Assembly: GCA_045535095.1 (NCBI GenBank)
Contig: JAZSKY010000002.1
Span: forward strand, 1-63,061
Direction: 5' to 3'
DNA: 63,061 bases
Source: Eubacteriales bacterium
Lineage (GTDB): Bacteria; Bacillota; Clostridia; Oscillospirales; CAG-272
Made by a program: the position numbers and the translations under genes. The notes below the pieces were generated by a model. The model ran no database searches. It saw only the letters and a program-made list of their open reading frames with translations, and was not told the DNA's origin. Shown here piece by piece: positions 1-9,726 of the stretch (position 1 is the stretch's first letter; every line of letters starts with the position of its first letter).

Positions 1-5
1 GGCCA

Positions 6-76
6 AAACTGTCGGTGAAACCGACACTTAACGATGCTATCGCATTGAAGAAACTGTCGGCAAAGCCGACACTTAA
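6..76. repeat. Two 26-bp direct repeats (period 45 bp), each a 7-bp-stem hairpin, just 3' of tRNA-Met
   Basis: AAACTGTCGGTGAAACCGACACTTAA (6-31) and AAACTGTCGGCAAAGCCGACACTTAA (51-76). Confidence 0.85.
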
Positions 77-77
77 G

Positions 78-151
78 TAGCGGAGATTGGACTTGAACCC
101 ATGACCTACCGGGTATGAACCGGTTGCTCTAGCCAACTGAGCTACTCCGCC
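78..151 (-). tRNA. tRNA-Met (CAT), elongator type; CCA not encoded
   Basis: Reverse complement GGCGGAGTAGCTCAGTTGGCTAGAGC...ACCGG-TTCATAC-CCGGT...GGTTCAAGTCC...CTCCGCTA folds as a cloverleaf; TTCATAC loop as in Firmicute elongator Met. Confidence 0.95.
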
Positions 152-189
152 ATATTGTGCAGTCGAGCGTCACGCTTGACCGCCTAAGC

Positions 190-218
190 ATTATAACATA
201 ACGCCACCTATTTGTCAA
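190..218 (-). promoter_or_regulatory. Sigma-A promoter for tRNA-Met
   Basis: TTGACA-17 bp-TATAAT on the minus strand. Confidence 0.9.
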
Positions 219-301
219 TACCTTTTTTGAAAAAAATCGCAAAAAATAACATATTTTTTTGCTCTCTTCTGAACGTTTCATTTTTGTCGGTAATTACGGG
301 A

Positions 302-904
302 TTATTTTTTCGACAAAATGCTCTCGCACATAAGAAATGTCACCATAAGAAGCAGAGAAACGTTGAAATTTGCGTACAAAATCATATATATGGAAAACAT
401 CCATATTCCCGAAAGTACGCTCAGCGAAACGACCCTGCATATTCTTTCGCTGAACGTTGGTGAAAAACGTGAAAGAAGAAGCGCGGAGAGCGCGCAGTAT
501 CCGTCAAGCGGACGTGCAGGAAGAAGGTTTATAAGAGCGAGCGCGAGACTTGCCGACGCAAAATATCCGTCTTTTCCGAGCATCATACAAAAGACAAGAG
601 AAACGAGATTTACAAGCGGCCCTGCGAGCGATATTACCGCGTCTCCTACATAAGAGCTGCAGCTTTGCTCCCTCTCTATGACCGCCCCGAACGGACGGAG
701 TGTTATACACGAAGCTCTGCTTTTGAAAAGATATATCGCCGCGAGATGTCCTATCTCGTGTAAAAGGGAAGCGGCGAGAATTGAAAATACGTATCTCCCT
801 CCGTATATCGCTCCGAAAGCGGCAATGCAGATAGGTACTGACGGCGATGCTTTTATTTTAAACGGTAAACTCAAGTTTTCCTCCGAAAATAAATATACAC
901 TCAA
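302..904 (-). CDS. spoIVFB: M50 family site-2 zinc metalloprotease, SpoIVFB-like
   Basis: HEIGH (HExxH), SLAGPLVNL and NLLPARPLDG motifs; hydrophobic, 200 aa. Confidence 0.75.
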   Translation of the reverse strand: MSVYLFSEENLSLPFKIKASPSVPICIAAFGAIYGGRYVFSILAASLLHEIGHLAAIYLFKSRASCITLRPFGAVIEREQSCSSYVGDAVISLAGPLVNLVSLVFCMMLGKDGYFASASLALALINLLPARPLDGYCALSALLLSRFSPTFSERICRVVSLSVLSGIWMFSIYMILYANFNVSLLLMVTFLMCESILSKK

Positions 905-984
905 GTATATTCGATCCCACTTAGCAAAGATTACCGAAAAACAAAAACACTCTGCAAAAGCAGAGTGTTTTATGTATTTTTTAA

Positions 985-3048
985 TTACTCAGCGTCTTCA
1001 GCGAGATCTGCGGGAAGAGTGGAGGGATCATCGGAAGAATATACGAGAGCGCTGTCATCAGCCTCTTCCTCAGATGCTTCAACCTCTTCTACCTCGGGAA
1101 CGAGGAGAGCGCGGATAGAAAGGCTGACCTTCTGCTTCTCGTCGTCGATAGCGGTGATCTTAGCGTCAACCTTCTGACCAACCTCGAGAACCTCTGCAGG
1201 GGTGCCGATTCTCTTATCAGCGATCTGCGAGATGTGGATAAGTCCGTCAACCTCGGGAACGATCTCAGCGAATGCTCCGAAGGGAGTGAGTCCTACAACG
1301 GTAACGTTTGCAACGTCGCCAACTGCGTACTGTGCGGTGAAGATCTTCCAAGGGTTCTGGTCCTCGGTCTTGCAGCCGAGAGAGATGCGCTTCTTTTCAG
1401 CGTCAAAGGACTTAACGAATACGTCGATGCTGTCGCCAACCTTAACGACCTCCGAAGGATCCTTGATTCTCGACCAGGAAAGCTCGGATACGTGAACCAT
1501 ACCGTCAACTCCGCCGAGGTCAACGAATACGCCGTAAGAGGTCATGGACTTAACGGTTCCGGAGAACTTCTTGCCAACCTCCATATCAGCCCAGAACTGC
1601 TCGAGCATAGCCTTGCGCTCGCGGCGAAGGATAGCGCGGATAGATCCGACTGCGCGGTTCTTCTGATCGTTTACTTCAATGATGATGAAGCTCTGAACGG
1701 TGCCGATAAGCTCGTTCAGGTCGCCCGAAGCGGGAACTCCGGTCTGCGAAGCGGGGATGAATACCTTGGTAGTGCCAACGGTAGCGATAACGCCGCCCTT
1801 AACAACCTCGGTGATCTTGCCCTCAAGGGTAGCGCCTTCTTCGGAAGCAGCCTTGATCTTCTTCCAGTCGGCAATGCGGTCGATGCGGCGTCTGGAAAGA
1901 CCAACAACGCCCTCAACGTCGCTTACTCTGACAACGAACGCTTCGATCTCGTCGCCTACGTTATACAGGGAACGAACGTCGGTATTCGCATCAGTTCTGA
2001 TCTCATCGACAGAAAGGATACCGGTTCCCTTGCAGGAAAGGTCAACATGGATTTCGGTGTTCGAAATGGATGTAATAATACCCGTTACGATGTCTCCTGT
2101 ATTTAAAGTCTTGAGAGAACTCTCAAGCATGGATGCAAAACTTTCATTTGCCTGCTCGTTTGCGTTAACAAATTCGCTCATAGTTTTAATTACCTCCTCT
2201 ATTATGTAGCCTGGTGTCGATGCACCGGCTGTAATAGCAACGTTATTTATTCCCGAAAGGGGAATGCTTTGAACGTCCTGCGCCTTTTCTATAAGAAAAG
2301 AATTTTCGCAGACCGTCTTGGAAAGAGCCAGAAGGCTCATGGAATTGGAACTGCTTCTGTCGCCAATGACGAGAGTGAGATCTGCTTTTTTTGCAAGATC
2401 TATAACGTCATTTTGCCTACTTTCAGTAACACCACATATTGTATCAAAAAAAATAGCATTTGTACATAGGTTTTTGAGTATTTTTTTGCATTTCTCCCAT
2501 TCGTACAATTTTTTGGTCGTTTGAGCTACCATTATGGGCATTTTGTTAGTGAAATTGTACAATTCAAGCTCTTCGGGCGAGCCGATGACGACTACTTCGC
2601 CCTTCGCTCTGCCTACGATTCCGCGCACCTCGGGGTGCTCTGCGTCGCCGTAAACTATGAGAGTGCTGTCGGGAGTTGTGTTTTCGGATACTATGCCGTG
2701 TATCTTTTTAACGAGCGGACAAGTGAGATCGCAAAATCTGAAATAGGGATTTTTTTCTGACAGTTCTACGAGCTGATTTTCAATACCAAGCTCTATTCCG
2801 TGTGCGCGTATTACGACAGTACATATATTATTCTCGCTTGCCTCGTTGCAGAGTGCTTCGAGATCGTTCGGAGTGATGACGGTGAGTCCCTTGTCCGCAA
2901 GGTCGCTCATAACCTGTCGGTTATGGATTATGTCGCCGAGAGAATATATTCTTCCGTTTGACTTGTCCTCAAGCAGACTGCCAACCATTTCAACTGCGCG
3001 CTTTACTCCAAAGCAAAATCCCGCGTATTTGGATACGTTAATTTCCAT
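985..3048 (-). CDS. ispH-rpsA: Bifunctional 4-hydroxy-3-methylbut-2-enyl diphosphate reductase / 30S ribosomal protein S1
   Basis: AGFCFGVKRA, IIHN, IRAHG, TCPLV, HPEV, TIC and SSNS motifs followed by four S1 repeats (e.g. GVFVDLGGVDGMVHVSELSW). Confidence 0.95.
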   Translation of the reverse strand: MEINVSKYAGFCFGVKRAVEMVGSLLEDKSNGRIYSLGDIIHNRQVMSDLADKGLTVITPNDLEALCNEASENNICTVVIRAHGIELGIENQLVELSEKNPYFRFCDLTCPLVKKIHGIVSENTTPDSTLIVYGDAEHPEVRGIVGRAKGEVVVIGSPEELELYNFTNKMPIMVAQTTKKLYEWEKCKKILKNLCTNAIFFDTICGVTESRQNDVIDLAKKADLTLVIGDRSSSNSMSLLALSKTVCENSFLIEKAQDVQSIPLSGINNVAITAGASTPGYIIEEVIKTMSEFVNANEQANESFASMLESSLKTLNTGDIVTGIITSISNTEIHVDLSCKGTGILSVDEIRTDANTDVRSLYNVGDEIEAFVVRVSDVEGVVGLSRRRIDRIADWKKIKAASEEGATLEGKITEVVKGGVIATVGTTKVFIPASQTGVPASGDLNELIGTVQSFIIIEVNDQKNRAVGSIRAILRRERKAMLEQFWADMEVGKKFSGTVKSMTSYGVFVDLGGVDGMVHVSELSWSRIKDPSEVVKVGDSIDVFVKSFDAEKKRISLGCKTEDQNPWKIFTAQYAVGDVANVTVVGLTPFGAFAEIVPEVDGLIHISQIADKRIGTPAEVLEVGQKVDAKITAIDDEKQKVSLSIRALLVPEVEEVEASEEEADDSALVYSSDDPSTLPADLAEDAE

Positions 3049-3051
3049 TGA

Positions 3052-3672
3052 TTATTTCGTTTCAGGCTCCTTTATCATATCGGTAATGCGGTCGAAAACG
3101 AGATGCGCCGCGCGATCGTATTCGGAGACCGATCCTTCTGTAAAATTGAACTCCTCAGTAGTGATAGGCTTGCCGACCGTTACGTAGGTTCTTTTTAAAA
3201 ATCCTATCTTCCAGTCCTTTGTCTGTATGGACATAGGGAGAACGGTAGCGCCCGATCGGTACGCTATCTGACCGATTCCGTTTTTAATAGGCGTGCCCTT
3301 AGGATTCCTTCCTGCGTGGCGAGTGCCTTGTGGGAAGAGTCCTACCATTTCGCCTTCGCCAACGAGACTCAGCGTGTGTCTCGTTGCAAGAGCCGCCGAT
3401 GCAGGAGACTTTCTGTCAACAGGGAAAGCGCCCATAGCCTTCATAAAATGCTTCAGTACGGGTACGCCGAAAAGCTCCTTTTTCGCGAAAAATCTGACCT
3501 GACGGTTCATTACCGCGCCGACTATTGCCGCGTCCCACATAGAAATATGGTTGGCGCATACTACCACACCGCCCTCGGCAGGCTCGTTTTCAAGCCCCTC
3601 GACATTGACTCTGAATATAGCCTTTACCAGAGACGAGCAGGTGATAGACATAAAATTATAAAACTTGTTCAT
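3052..3672 (-). CDS. plsC: 1-acyl-sn-glycerol-3-phosphate acyltransferase
   Basis: NHISMWD (HxxxxD) and FPQGTR motifs; cmk-plsC-ispH synteny. Confidence 0.9.
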   Translation of the reverse strand: MNKFYNFMSITCSSLVKAIFRVNVEGLENEPAEGGVVVCANHISMWDAAIVGAVMNRQVRFFAKKELFGVPVLKHFMKAMGAFPVDRKSPASAALATRHTLSLVGEGEMVGLFPQGTRHAGRNPKGTPIKNGIGQIAYRSGATVLPMSIQTKDWKIGFLKRTYVTVGKPITTEEFNFTEGSVSEYDRAAHLVFDRITDMIKEPETK

Positions 3673-3687
3673 ATAAATTCGCTCGCG

Positions 3688-4356
3688 TCAGAGAGTGATG
3701 CGTTCCTTTATTATTTCAAGCGCGCGTGCAAAGGTCTCGTCAGGCTCGAAATTCGAGTTGTCGAGAAATACTGCGTCCTCTGCAGGGGTAAGGGGAGCGA
3801 CTGCTCTGGAGGAATCGTTTGCGTCGCGTGTTTCGAGATCGGCAAGAACCTCCTCGTAGGTGGTCTTGACGCCCTTTGCGAGAAGCTCCTCGCAGCGGCG
3901 CATAGCTCTTGTCTCGTTGTTCGAGATAAGGAAGATCTTGACGTTGGCGTCGGGCATTATGACCGTGCCTATGTCACGTCCGTCCATAATTACGTTGTTT
4001 GCGCGGATAATATCCTGCTGTGTTCCGAGAAGGAATTTTCTTACCTCGGGAAGAGCGGATACCGCAGATGCGTACATCGAAATATCGGGGAGTCTTATCT
4101 CCTTTGAAACGTCCTCTCCGTTGAGAAGCGTTTTCTGCTCGCCGTCGATATACTTTATTCCGACCTCTATATCGCTAAGAAGGGGAGATACCGCCTCAGA
4201 GCTTTTGGGGTCTTTTCCTGCGCGGTAAACGTAGAGACCGACAGCGCGGTAAAGTGCGCCCGTATCAACGTAAACGAAGCCGAGATGCGCGGAAAGGCGC
4301 TTTGCAAGGGTTGATTTTCCCGAACCGGATGGTCCGTCAATAGCAATTTTATACAT
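3688..4356 (-). CDS. cmk: Cytidylate kinase (start moved to ATG at 4356)
   Basis: IAIDGPSGSGKST, DTGALYRA, MDGRDIGTV, RDANDSSRAVAPL. Confidence 0.95.
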   Translation of the reverse strand: MYKIAIDGPSGSGKSTLAKRLSAHLGFVYVDTGALYRAVGLYVYRAGKDPKSSEAVSPLLSDIEVGIKYIDGEQKTLLNGEDVSKEIRLPDISMYASAVSALPEVRKFLLGTQQDIIRANNVIMDGRDIGTVIMPDANVKIFLISNNETRAMRRCEELLAKGVKTTYEEVLADLETRDANDSSRAVAPLTPAEDAVFLDNSNFEPDETFARALEIIKERITL

Positions 4357-4387
4357 ATCGTTTTTTCCTTTCGGATAAATTATCGTT

Positions 4388-5656
4388 TTATTGTTCTGTC
4401 GCGGCAGATATTCCTGCAAGACGTCCGGTTGACCACGCTATCTGGAGATTGAAGCCTCCCGTATATGCGTCAACGTCGATTATCTCACCTGCAAAATAAA
4501 GACCGCGTATTTTTTTAGATTCCATTGTTTTGGGGTTTATCTCGCGAGTGTCTATTCCACCCGACGTGATTATCGCCTCGTCGATAGGACGAGTTGATTT
4601 CACTGTCAGCTCAAACGATTTGAGAAGAGAAAGTATCTTCGCTCTCTCGACCTTGGTTATCGAGTTGACCTTTCTCTCGGGCATTATTCCCGAAAGCTTT
4701 ACGAAAACGGGAATCATCTTCGAGGGAAGAAGCTCGGTGAGAGCGTTCGTGAAATTCTTGTTTTTGCCCTTTTCAAAATCGGAGATGAGTCGCTTGTCGA
4801 GTGTTTTTTCGTCAAGCGCGGGCTTTAAGTCGATAAGTATCTTGTACTTTCCCGAGGTAATATCGGAAAGATGCGCCGACATCGAGAGGATAATAGGTCC
4901 GCTCACGCCGAAATGTGTGAAGAGCATTTCGCCGAAATCCTCGTATATCACCTTGCCGCTTGACATATCTACTGCCTTCACCGCGATATTTTTAAGCGCG
5001 AGTCCTTGCATATCGCGAGGATAACGCTCGAGCGTTTCAAGAGGGACGAGCGAGGGCTTGGCAGGGATAATATTTATTCCAAGCTTTTGAGCAAATCTGA
5101 AGCCGTCTCCGTCAGATCCGGTGCGCGGATAGGAAAGTCCGCCGGTTGCGAGAATTACCTTGTCGTACGCTACGGTTGCACTGTTTGATGCAAGGCGTAC
5201 TCCGTATATTTCCTCGCCGCTTTCGGTGTTTTTTATGAGAAGGTCGCTTACCTTGTCAAATACAGTTTTGACGCCGAGAGCGCTCATTTTTCTCCTCAGA
5301 GCGTCAACTATATCGGACGCCTTGTCCGACACGGGAAAAACTCTGTTTCCACGCTCTGTTTTAAGGGGTACGCCCTCATTTTCAAAGAAATCCTTTACGT
5401 CATACGGCGTGAAAGCAGAGAGGGAAGCGTACATAAAGCGAGGGTTTCTCGGTATGTTTTCTATGACCTCGTTTACAGGAGAGTCGTTTGTGAGGTTGCA
5501 TCTGCCTTTTCCTGTGATGCGGAGCTTCATACCCGTAAATTTCATTTTCTCGTAAAGAGTTACAGTGGCTCCGTTTTGCGCGGCAAATATTGCCGCCATC
5601 ATTCCTGCAGCGCCACCGCCGACTATGGCTATCTTCACCGGTACAGCTCCTTTCAT
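4388..5656 (-). CDS. HI0933/YhiN family NAD(P)/FAD-dependent flavoprotein
   Basis: GGGAAGMMAA, GKGRCNLTN, ATGGLSYPRTGSDGDG, GEMLFTHFGVSGP, TGGFNLQIAWSTG. Confidence 0.92.
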   Translation of the reverse strand: MKGAVPVKIAIVGGGAAGMMAAIFAAQNGATVTLYEKMKFTGMKLRITGKGRCNLTNDSPVNEVIENIPRNPRFMYASLSAFTPYDVKDFFENEGVPLKTERGNRVFPVSDKASDIVDALRRKMSALGVKTVFDKVSDLLIKNTESGEEIYGVRLASNSATVAYDKVILATGGLSYPRTGSDGDGFRFAQKLGINIIPAKPSLVPLETLERYPRDMQGLALKNIAVKAVDMSSGKVIYEDFGEMLFTHFGVSGPIILSMSAHLSDITSGKYKILIDLKPALDEKTLDKRLISDFEKGKNKNFTNALTELLPSKMIPVFVKLSGIMPERKVNSITKVERAKILSLLKSFELTVKSTRPIDEAIITSGGIDTREINPKTMESKKIRGLYFAGEIIDVDAYTGGFNLQIAWSTGRLAGISAATEQ

Positions 5657-5676
5657 AAAAAAGTACAGACAAATAT

Positions 5677-5705
5677 ATTATATTGTATTTCTCTCCGAAT
5701 GTCAA
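5677..5705 (-). promoter_or_regulatory. Sigma-A promoter for the HI0933-cmk-plsC-ispH/rpsA operon
   Basis: TTGACA-17-TATAAT on the minus strand. Confidence 0.85.
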
Positions 5706-5799
5706 GTAAAAAAACGAATAAAGGGCAAAAAATCAGACTATGAATACTTGACTGCAAAAAAGAGTATAATAGTCGAAAGAAATTACTGTAAAAGGGGTC

Positions 5800-6906
5800 T
5801 TGCACGTGAATCTTCCCGAAAAGGGATATAAGAGAGATTTCGTTATATTCACTTACTTTTTGATAGTACTCACAGTCCTTGCCGTTTCGGGCGGAGTTAT
5901 AGTCAAGCTTCTCCTTCCGTTTGTCGCCGCATGGCTTGTAGCCCTCCTTCTTCAGCCGATGATAGAGCGCGCGGTGAAAAAAACGAGATGGAGCGTAAAA
6001 AGCGCGGGAATACTCGTTTTTTCTCTCATTCTGATCCTTACCTCCGCGATACTTTTTCTCGTTTTCAGAAGGCTTTATAACGAGCTTCGCTCGCTTAATA
6101 TCTATATTGCCGAGAACTATGAAAATATAGCGTCAAAGGCGGTAGGGCTGATCAGGAGCGTGCTTGACAGATTCCGCAGATCTGACACGCCTGACGGCGG
6201 TTATATCTACGATATGATGACCGAAACGGTAAGATCGTCTCTTTCCGATCTCACATTCAGAATAACCGACGCAGTTGGTGATTTTCTTGCGTCACTACCG
6301 TACTTTTTCTTTGCTCTGATAATATTTATAATGGCGGCGTTTTACTTCTGTGCTGACTTTGACGGAATAAACAGAGCGATCCTTTCGGTAGTGCCGAGCA
6401 GAATAGCACCGAGCTGGAGGGCGCTTCGTACCAAGGTGCTCACCTCGGCTCTGAAATATATAAGGGCGTACGTGATACTGTTTCTCATAACCTTCGTAGC
6501 TCTCCTTGTAGGATTTGCCCTGATGGGCGAGAGGTACGCAACCCTTCTTGCCGCACTCGTCGCCCTGCTTGACATTCTGCCCGTTATCGGTGTGGGAACC
6601 GTCCTTATCCCTTGGATAATCGTGCTTTTTATACTCGGTCAGGTCAAAAAGGGAATTATCCTTACGGTGGTTTGCCTTGTCGTTATGATAGGACGTCAGG
6701 CGCTTGAGCCTTACGTTGTGGGAACACAGCTCGGCGTTCACCCTCTGCTCACCCTCGTTTCGGTGTTTGCGGGATACAAGATATTCGGGATTTTGGGCTT
6801 TATTATAGGACCTATCGCAATAGTCATAATTAAAAATCTGTTCGAGCTTTTCTTTGCAAAGCTCGTTCTGCGTGACGAAAAGAGCGCGAAAAAAACGGGA
6901 GGGTGA
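5800..6906 (+). CDS. ytvI: Sporulation integral membrane protein YtvI (AI-2E family)
   Basis: LPFVAAWLVA, LDILPVIGVGTVLIPW, RQALEPYVVG, LHPL-like GVHPLLTL, G.IIGP motifs. Confidence 0.85.
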   Translation: MHVNLPEKGYKRDFVIFTYFLIVLTVLAVSGGVIVKLLLPFVAAWLVALLLQPMIERAVKKTRWSVKSAGILVFSLILILTSAILFLVFRRLYNELRSLNIYIAENYENIASKAVGLIRSVLDRFRRSDTPDGGYIYDMMTETVRSSLSDLTFRITDAVGDFLASLPYFFFALIIFIMAAFYFCADFDGINRAILSVVPSRIAPSWRALRTKVLTSALKYIRAYVILFLITFVALLVGFALMGERYATLLAALVALLDILPVIGVGTVLIPWIIVLFILGQVKKGIILTVVCLVVMIGRQALEPYVVGTQLGVHPLLTLVSVFAGYKIFGILGFIIGPIAIVIIKNLFELFFAKLVLRDEKSAKKTGG

Positions 6907-6924
6907 AATTCACCCTCCTTATTT
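6898..6924 (+). terminator. Intrinsic terminator after ytvI
   Basis: GGAGGGTGAA-A-TTCACCCTCC followed by a T-rich tract. Confidence 0.75.
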
Positions 6925-6935
6925 TTATAAAATAC

Positions 6936-6964
6936 TTGACCTTTTTGTGAGTTTGTGGTAGAAT
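6936..6964 (+). promoter_or_regulatory. Sigma-A promoter for the ECF-S/DUF362/MFS operon
   Basis: TTGACC-17-TAGAAT. Confidence 0.7.
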
Positions 6965-6994
6965 TTACACAGTAATCAAAAGGAGTAACCGACT

Positions 6995-7549
6995 TTGAGA
7001 CGTGACCGTAAACCCATTTATAATATAACGCTGACGGCAATGTTTTTTGCAATAGGACTCGTTTTGCCCTTTTTTACGGGACAAATAAAGGAAATAGGAA
7101 GTATGCTTCTTCCGATGCACCTTCCCGTAATGCTTTGCGGACTTATCTGCTCGTGGCGCTATGGCGCACTTATCGGGGCATCTCTTCCGATAGCGAGATC
7201 GCTTCTTTTCGGTATGCCTGTCTTTTATCCGCACGCACTTTCAATGGCAGTTGAGTGCGCCGTTTACGGACTCGTTATCGGTCTTGTGTTCGACCTTTTA
7301 AAGAGAAAAAATATTATTTCCGTTTATATTTCGCTCATTTCGGCGATGATAGTCGGACGAATAGTAAAAGGCGTTTTTACCGCGCTTTTACTTGGATTTA
7401 CGGGCAAGGCGTACACCTTTGCCGCATTCATCTCGGCAAACATTCTGAACTCGATACCCGGAATAATACTCCAGATAATTCTTATCCCCTCGATAATGCT
7501 CGTCCTTTATAAAACCAAGGTTGTAAAACCGTACAAGAAAGGTGAATAA
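6995..7549 (+). CDS. ECF transporter S component
   Basis: Six hydrophobic segments; LLPMHLPVMLCGLICSWRYG and IPGIILQIILIP motifs typical of clostridial S components. Confidence 0.8.
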   Translation: MRRDRKPIYNITLTAMFFAIGLVLPFFTGQIKEIGSMLLPMHLPVMLCGLICSWRYGALIGASLPIARSLLFGMPVFYPHALSMAVECAVYGLVIGLVFDLLKRKNIISVYISLISAMIVGRIVKGVFTALLLGFTGKAYTFAAFISANILNSIPGIILQIILIPSIMLVLYKTKVVKPYKKGE

Positions 7550-7550
7550 A

Positions 7551-8420
7551 ATGAAAAAAAGCACCGTATATTTTTCCAAAACGATAACACCCGAAAAGGT
7601 ACTTGAAATGTATAAAATGCTCGGAAAAGAGCTTGGCGGCAGAGTTGCGATCAAGCTTCACTCGGGCGAAAAGGGAAATCAGAACTTTATAAAGCCCGAA
7701 TTCTGGCGTCCTGTCATTGATCACGTCGGCGGTACTGTCGTTGAGTGCAATACCGCATACCCCGGAGCGCGTGACACCACAGAGCGTCACAGAAGGCTTC
7801 TTGCCGACCACGGATGGAGCAAATATTTTCCGGTCGATCTGCTCGATGCAGAGGGACCTGACAAGATCCTTCCTGTACCGTACGGAAAGATAATTGACAA
7901 AAACTACGTCGGTAAAGATATCGAAAACTACGATTCTATGCTCGTCCTTTCGCATTTCAAAGGACACCCGATGGGTGGCTACGGCGGAGCAATAAAGCAG
8001 CTCTCGATCGGACTTGCCTCCTCGTTTGGCAAAAAGCACATTCACGGAGCAGGAGACGCCGAAAAATCGTTTGACGGCGATCACGACGGCTTCCTTGAAG
8101 CAATGGCAGAGTCGGCAAAGTCTGTTACCGATTACTTTAAAAACGAGGTTCTTTACGTAAACGTAATGAAGAATATGTCGGTTGACTGCGACTGCTGTGC
8201 AGTAGCCGAGGATCCCTGTATCAAGGACATCGGAATACTCGTGTCCGACGATCCCGTTGCAATAGATCATGCGTGCATCGACCTCGTTTACGCATCAAAT
8301 GACGTGGGCAGAGACCACCTTATTGAGCGTATCGAATCGCGCAACGGACTTCACACGATAGAGCGTGCCGCAGAGCTTGGACTCGGATCGCGCAAGTACA
8401 CCCTTATTTCGGTAGATTAA
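7551..8420 (+). CDS. DUF362 domain protein (probable Fe-S protein)
   Basis: VAIKLHSGEKGN, VECNTAYPGAR, SHFKGHPMGGYGGAIKQLSIG, DCDC, DPVAID. Confidence 0.85.
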   Translation: MKKSTVYFSKTITPEKVLEMYKMLGKELGGRVAIKLHSGEKGNQNFIKPEFWRPVIDHVGGTVVECNTAYPGARDTTERHRRLLADHGWSKYFPVDLLDAEGPDKILPVPYGKIIDKNYVGKDIENYDSMLVLSHFKGHPMGGYGGAIKQLSIGLASSFGKKHIHGAGDAEKSFDGDHDGFLEAMAESAKSVTDYFKNEVLYVNVMKNMSVDCDCCAVAEDPCIKDIGILVSDDPVAIDHACIDLVYASNDVGRDHLIERIESRNGLHTIERAAELGLGSRKYTLISVD

Positions 8421-8431
8421 GGAGTTTTTAT

Positions 8432-9718
8432 ATGAAAACAAAGCTTTCTCGCCGTTTTTGGGCGGCACTTACAGTGTTTTCTCTTTTCGGACAGGTTGCG
8501 TGGGTAGTTGAAAATATGTATTTCAACGTCTTTATTTACAATATGTTCAACGCGAGCGCGTCGGATATTTCGATGATGGTTGCGGCGTCCGCTATCTCGG
8601 CGGCACTGACCACAGTATTTATCGGATCGCTCTCCGATAAGATAGGAAAGCGAAAGCTTTTCATCTGCGGAGGATATATCCTCTGGGGCGTTTCGATCTT
8701 CTCGTTCGTTTTGCTTCGCAGTGACGTTCTCGGAAAGCTCTTTCCGATGACTCTTTCGGCGGCAAGCCTCGGAATTACTCTGACGATAATCCTCGACTGC
8801 ATAATGACATTCTTCGGATCAAGCGCAAACGACGCTGCCTTCAACGCGTGGCTGACAGACTCCACCGACTCCTCGAACAGAGGCGCGGCAGAGGGAATAA
8901 ACGCTATGATGCCGCTTGTCGCAATACTCGTCGTTTTCGGCGGATTTATGTTCTTCGATCTCACCGCTGCATCGAGCTGGACTCTCATCTTCTCGATAAT
9001 CGGTGCGGTAGTCATACTCGTCGGCGTGCTTGGAATCTTCCTTATCGACGATCCCGATATTCGCCCCACCGAAACGGGATATTTTCATAATATCACCTAC
9101 GGATTCAGACCGCGCACAGTAAAGAAATATCCTCTTTTGTACGTGCTTCTTATCGCGTTTGCGGTCTTTAATATCTCGATACAGATATTTATGCCGTATC
9201 TTATCATCTACTACGAAAAGACACTCCAAATGGCAGATTACGTTCTCATAATGGCGCCTGCTATTATCGTAGCATCGGTCTTTACCGCCTTTTGGGGAAG
9301 AGTTTACGATAAGCGCGGACTCAGCTTTTCGCTCTCGGTTTCACTCGCATCTCTTGCATCGGGATACCTTATCCTCTATTTCACCCGCACAACGCTTCCC
9401 GTGTTTGTCGGATCGCTCCTTATGATGAGCGGATACCTCTCGGCAATGGCGGTATTCGGCGCGGTGATACGCGACTATACCCCCGAGGGGAAATCGGGAA
9501 TGTTCCAAGGGCTGCGTATCTTCTCGCAGGTGCTTGTTCCCGGTGTTGTCGGACCTGCTATCGGAGCGGCGGTGCTTAAAAACGCCGAGCTTATCACAAA
9601 CAGCGACGGCACGACCTCCTTTTTACCTAACGAAAACATCTTCATAACCGCACTGCTCGCCCTTGTAGTTCTTTTAGTACCTATGGCGTTCTTCCTTAAA
9701 AAAAGGAAGGAAAAATAA
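8432..9718 (+). CDS. MFS transporter
   Basis: About 12 TM segments; motif A GSLSDKIGKRK and its second-half repeat GRVYDKRG. Confidence 0.9.
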   Translation: MKTKLSRRFWAALTVFSLFGQVAWVVENMYFNVFIYNMFNASASDISMMVAASAISAALTTVFIGSLSDKIGKRKLFICGGYILWGVSIFSFVLLRSDVLGKLFPMTLSAASLGITLTIILDCIMTFFGSSANDAAFNAWLTDSTDSSNRGAAEGINAMMPLVAILVVFGGFMFFDLTAASSWTLIFSIIGAVVILVGVLGIFLIDDPDIRPTETGYFHNITYGFRPRTVKKYPLLYVLLIAFAVFNISIQIFMPYLIIYYEKTLQMADYVLIMAPAIIVASVFTAFWGRVYDKRGLSFSLSVSLASLASGYLILYFTRTTLPVFVGSLLMMSGYLSAMAVFGAVIRDYTPEGKSGMFQGLRIFSQVLVPGVVGPAIGAAVLKNAELITNSDGTTSFLPNENIFITALLALVVLLVPMAFFLKKRKEK

Positions 9719-9726
9719 ATAAAAAT

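Noticed and set aside
6-76. Possible CRISPR array
   Set aside because: Only two repeats, a 19-bp spacer, non-identical loops and no cas genes in the window.
1234-2106. 290-aa plus-strand ORF
   Set aside because: Antisense shadow of ispH-rpsA caused by codon bias; no RBS or motifs.
985-3048. IspH-S1 fusion as a novelty
   Set aside because: This fusion in the cmk-plsC operon is common in Clostridia.
6965-6994. Riboswitch ahead of the ECF S component
   Set aside because: The promoter lies ~30 nt from the start codon, leaving no room for an aptamer.
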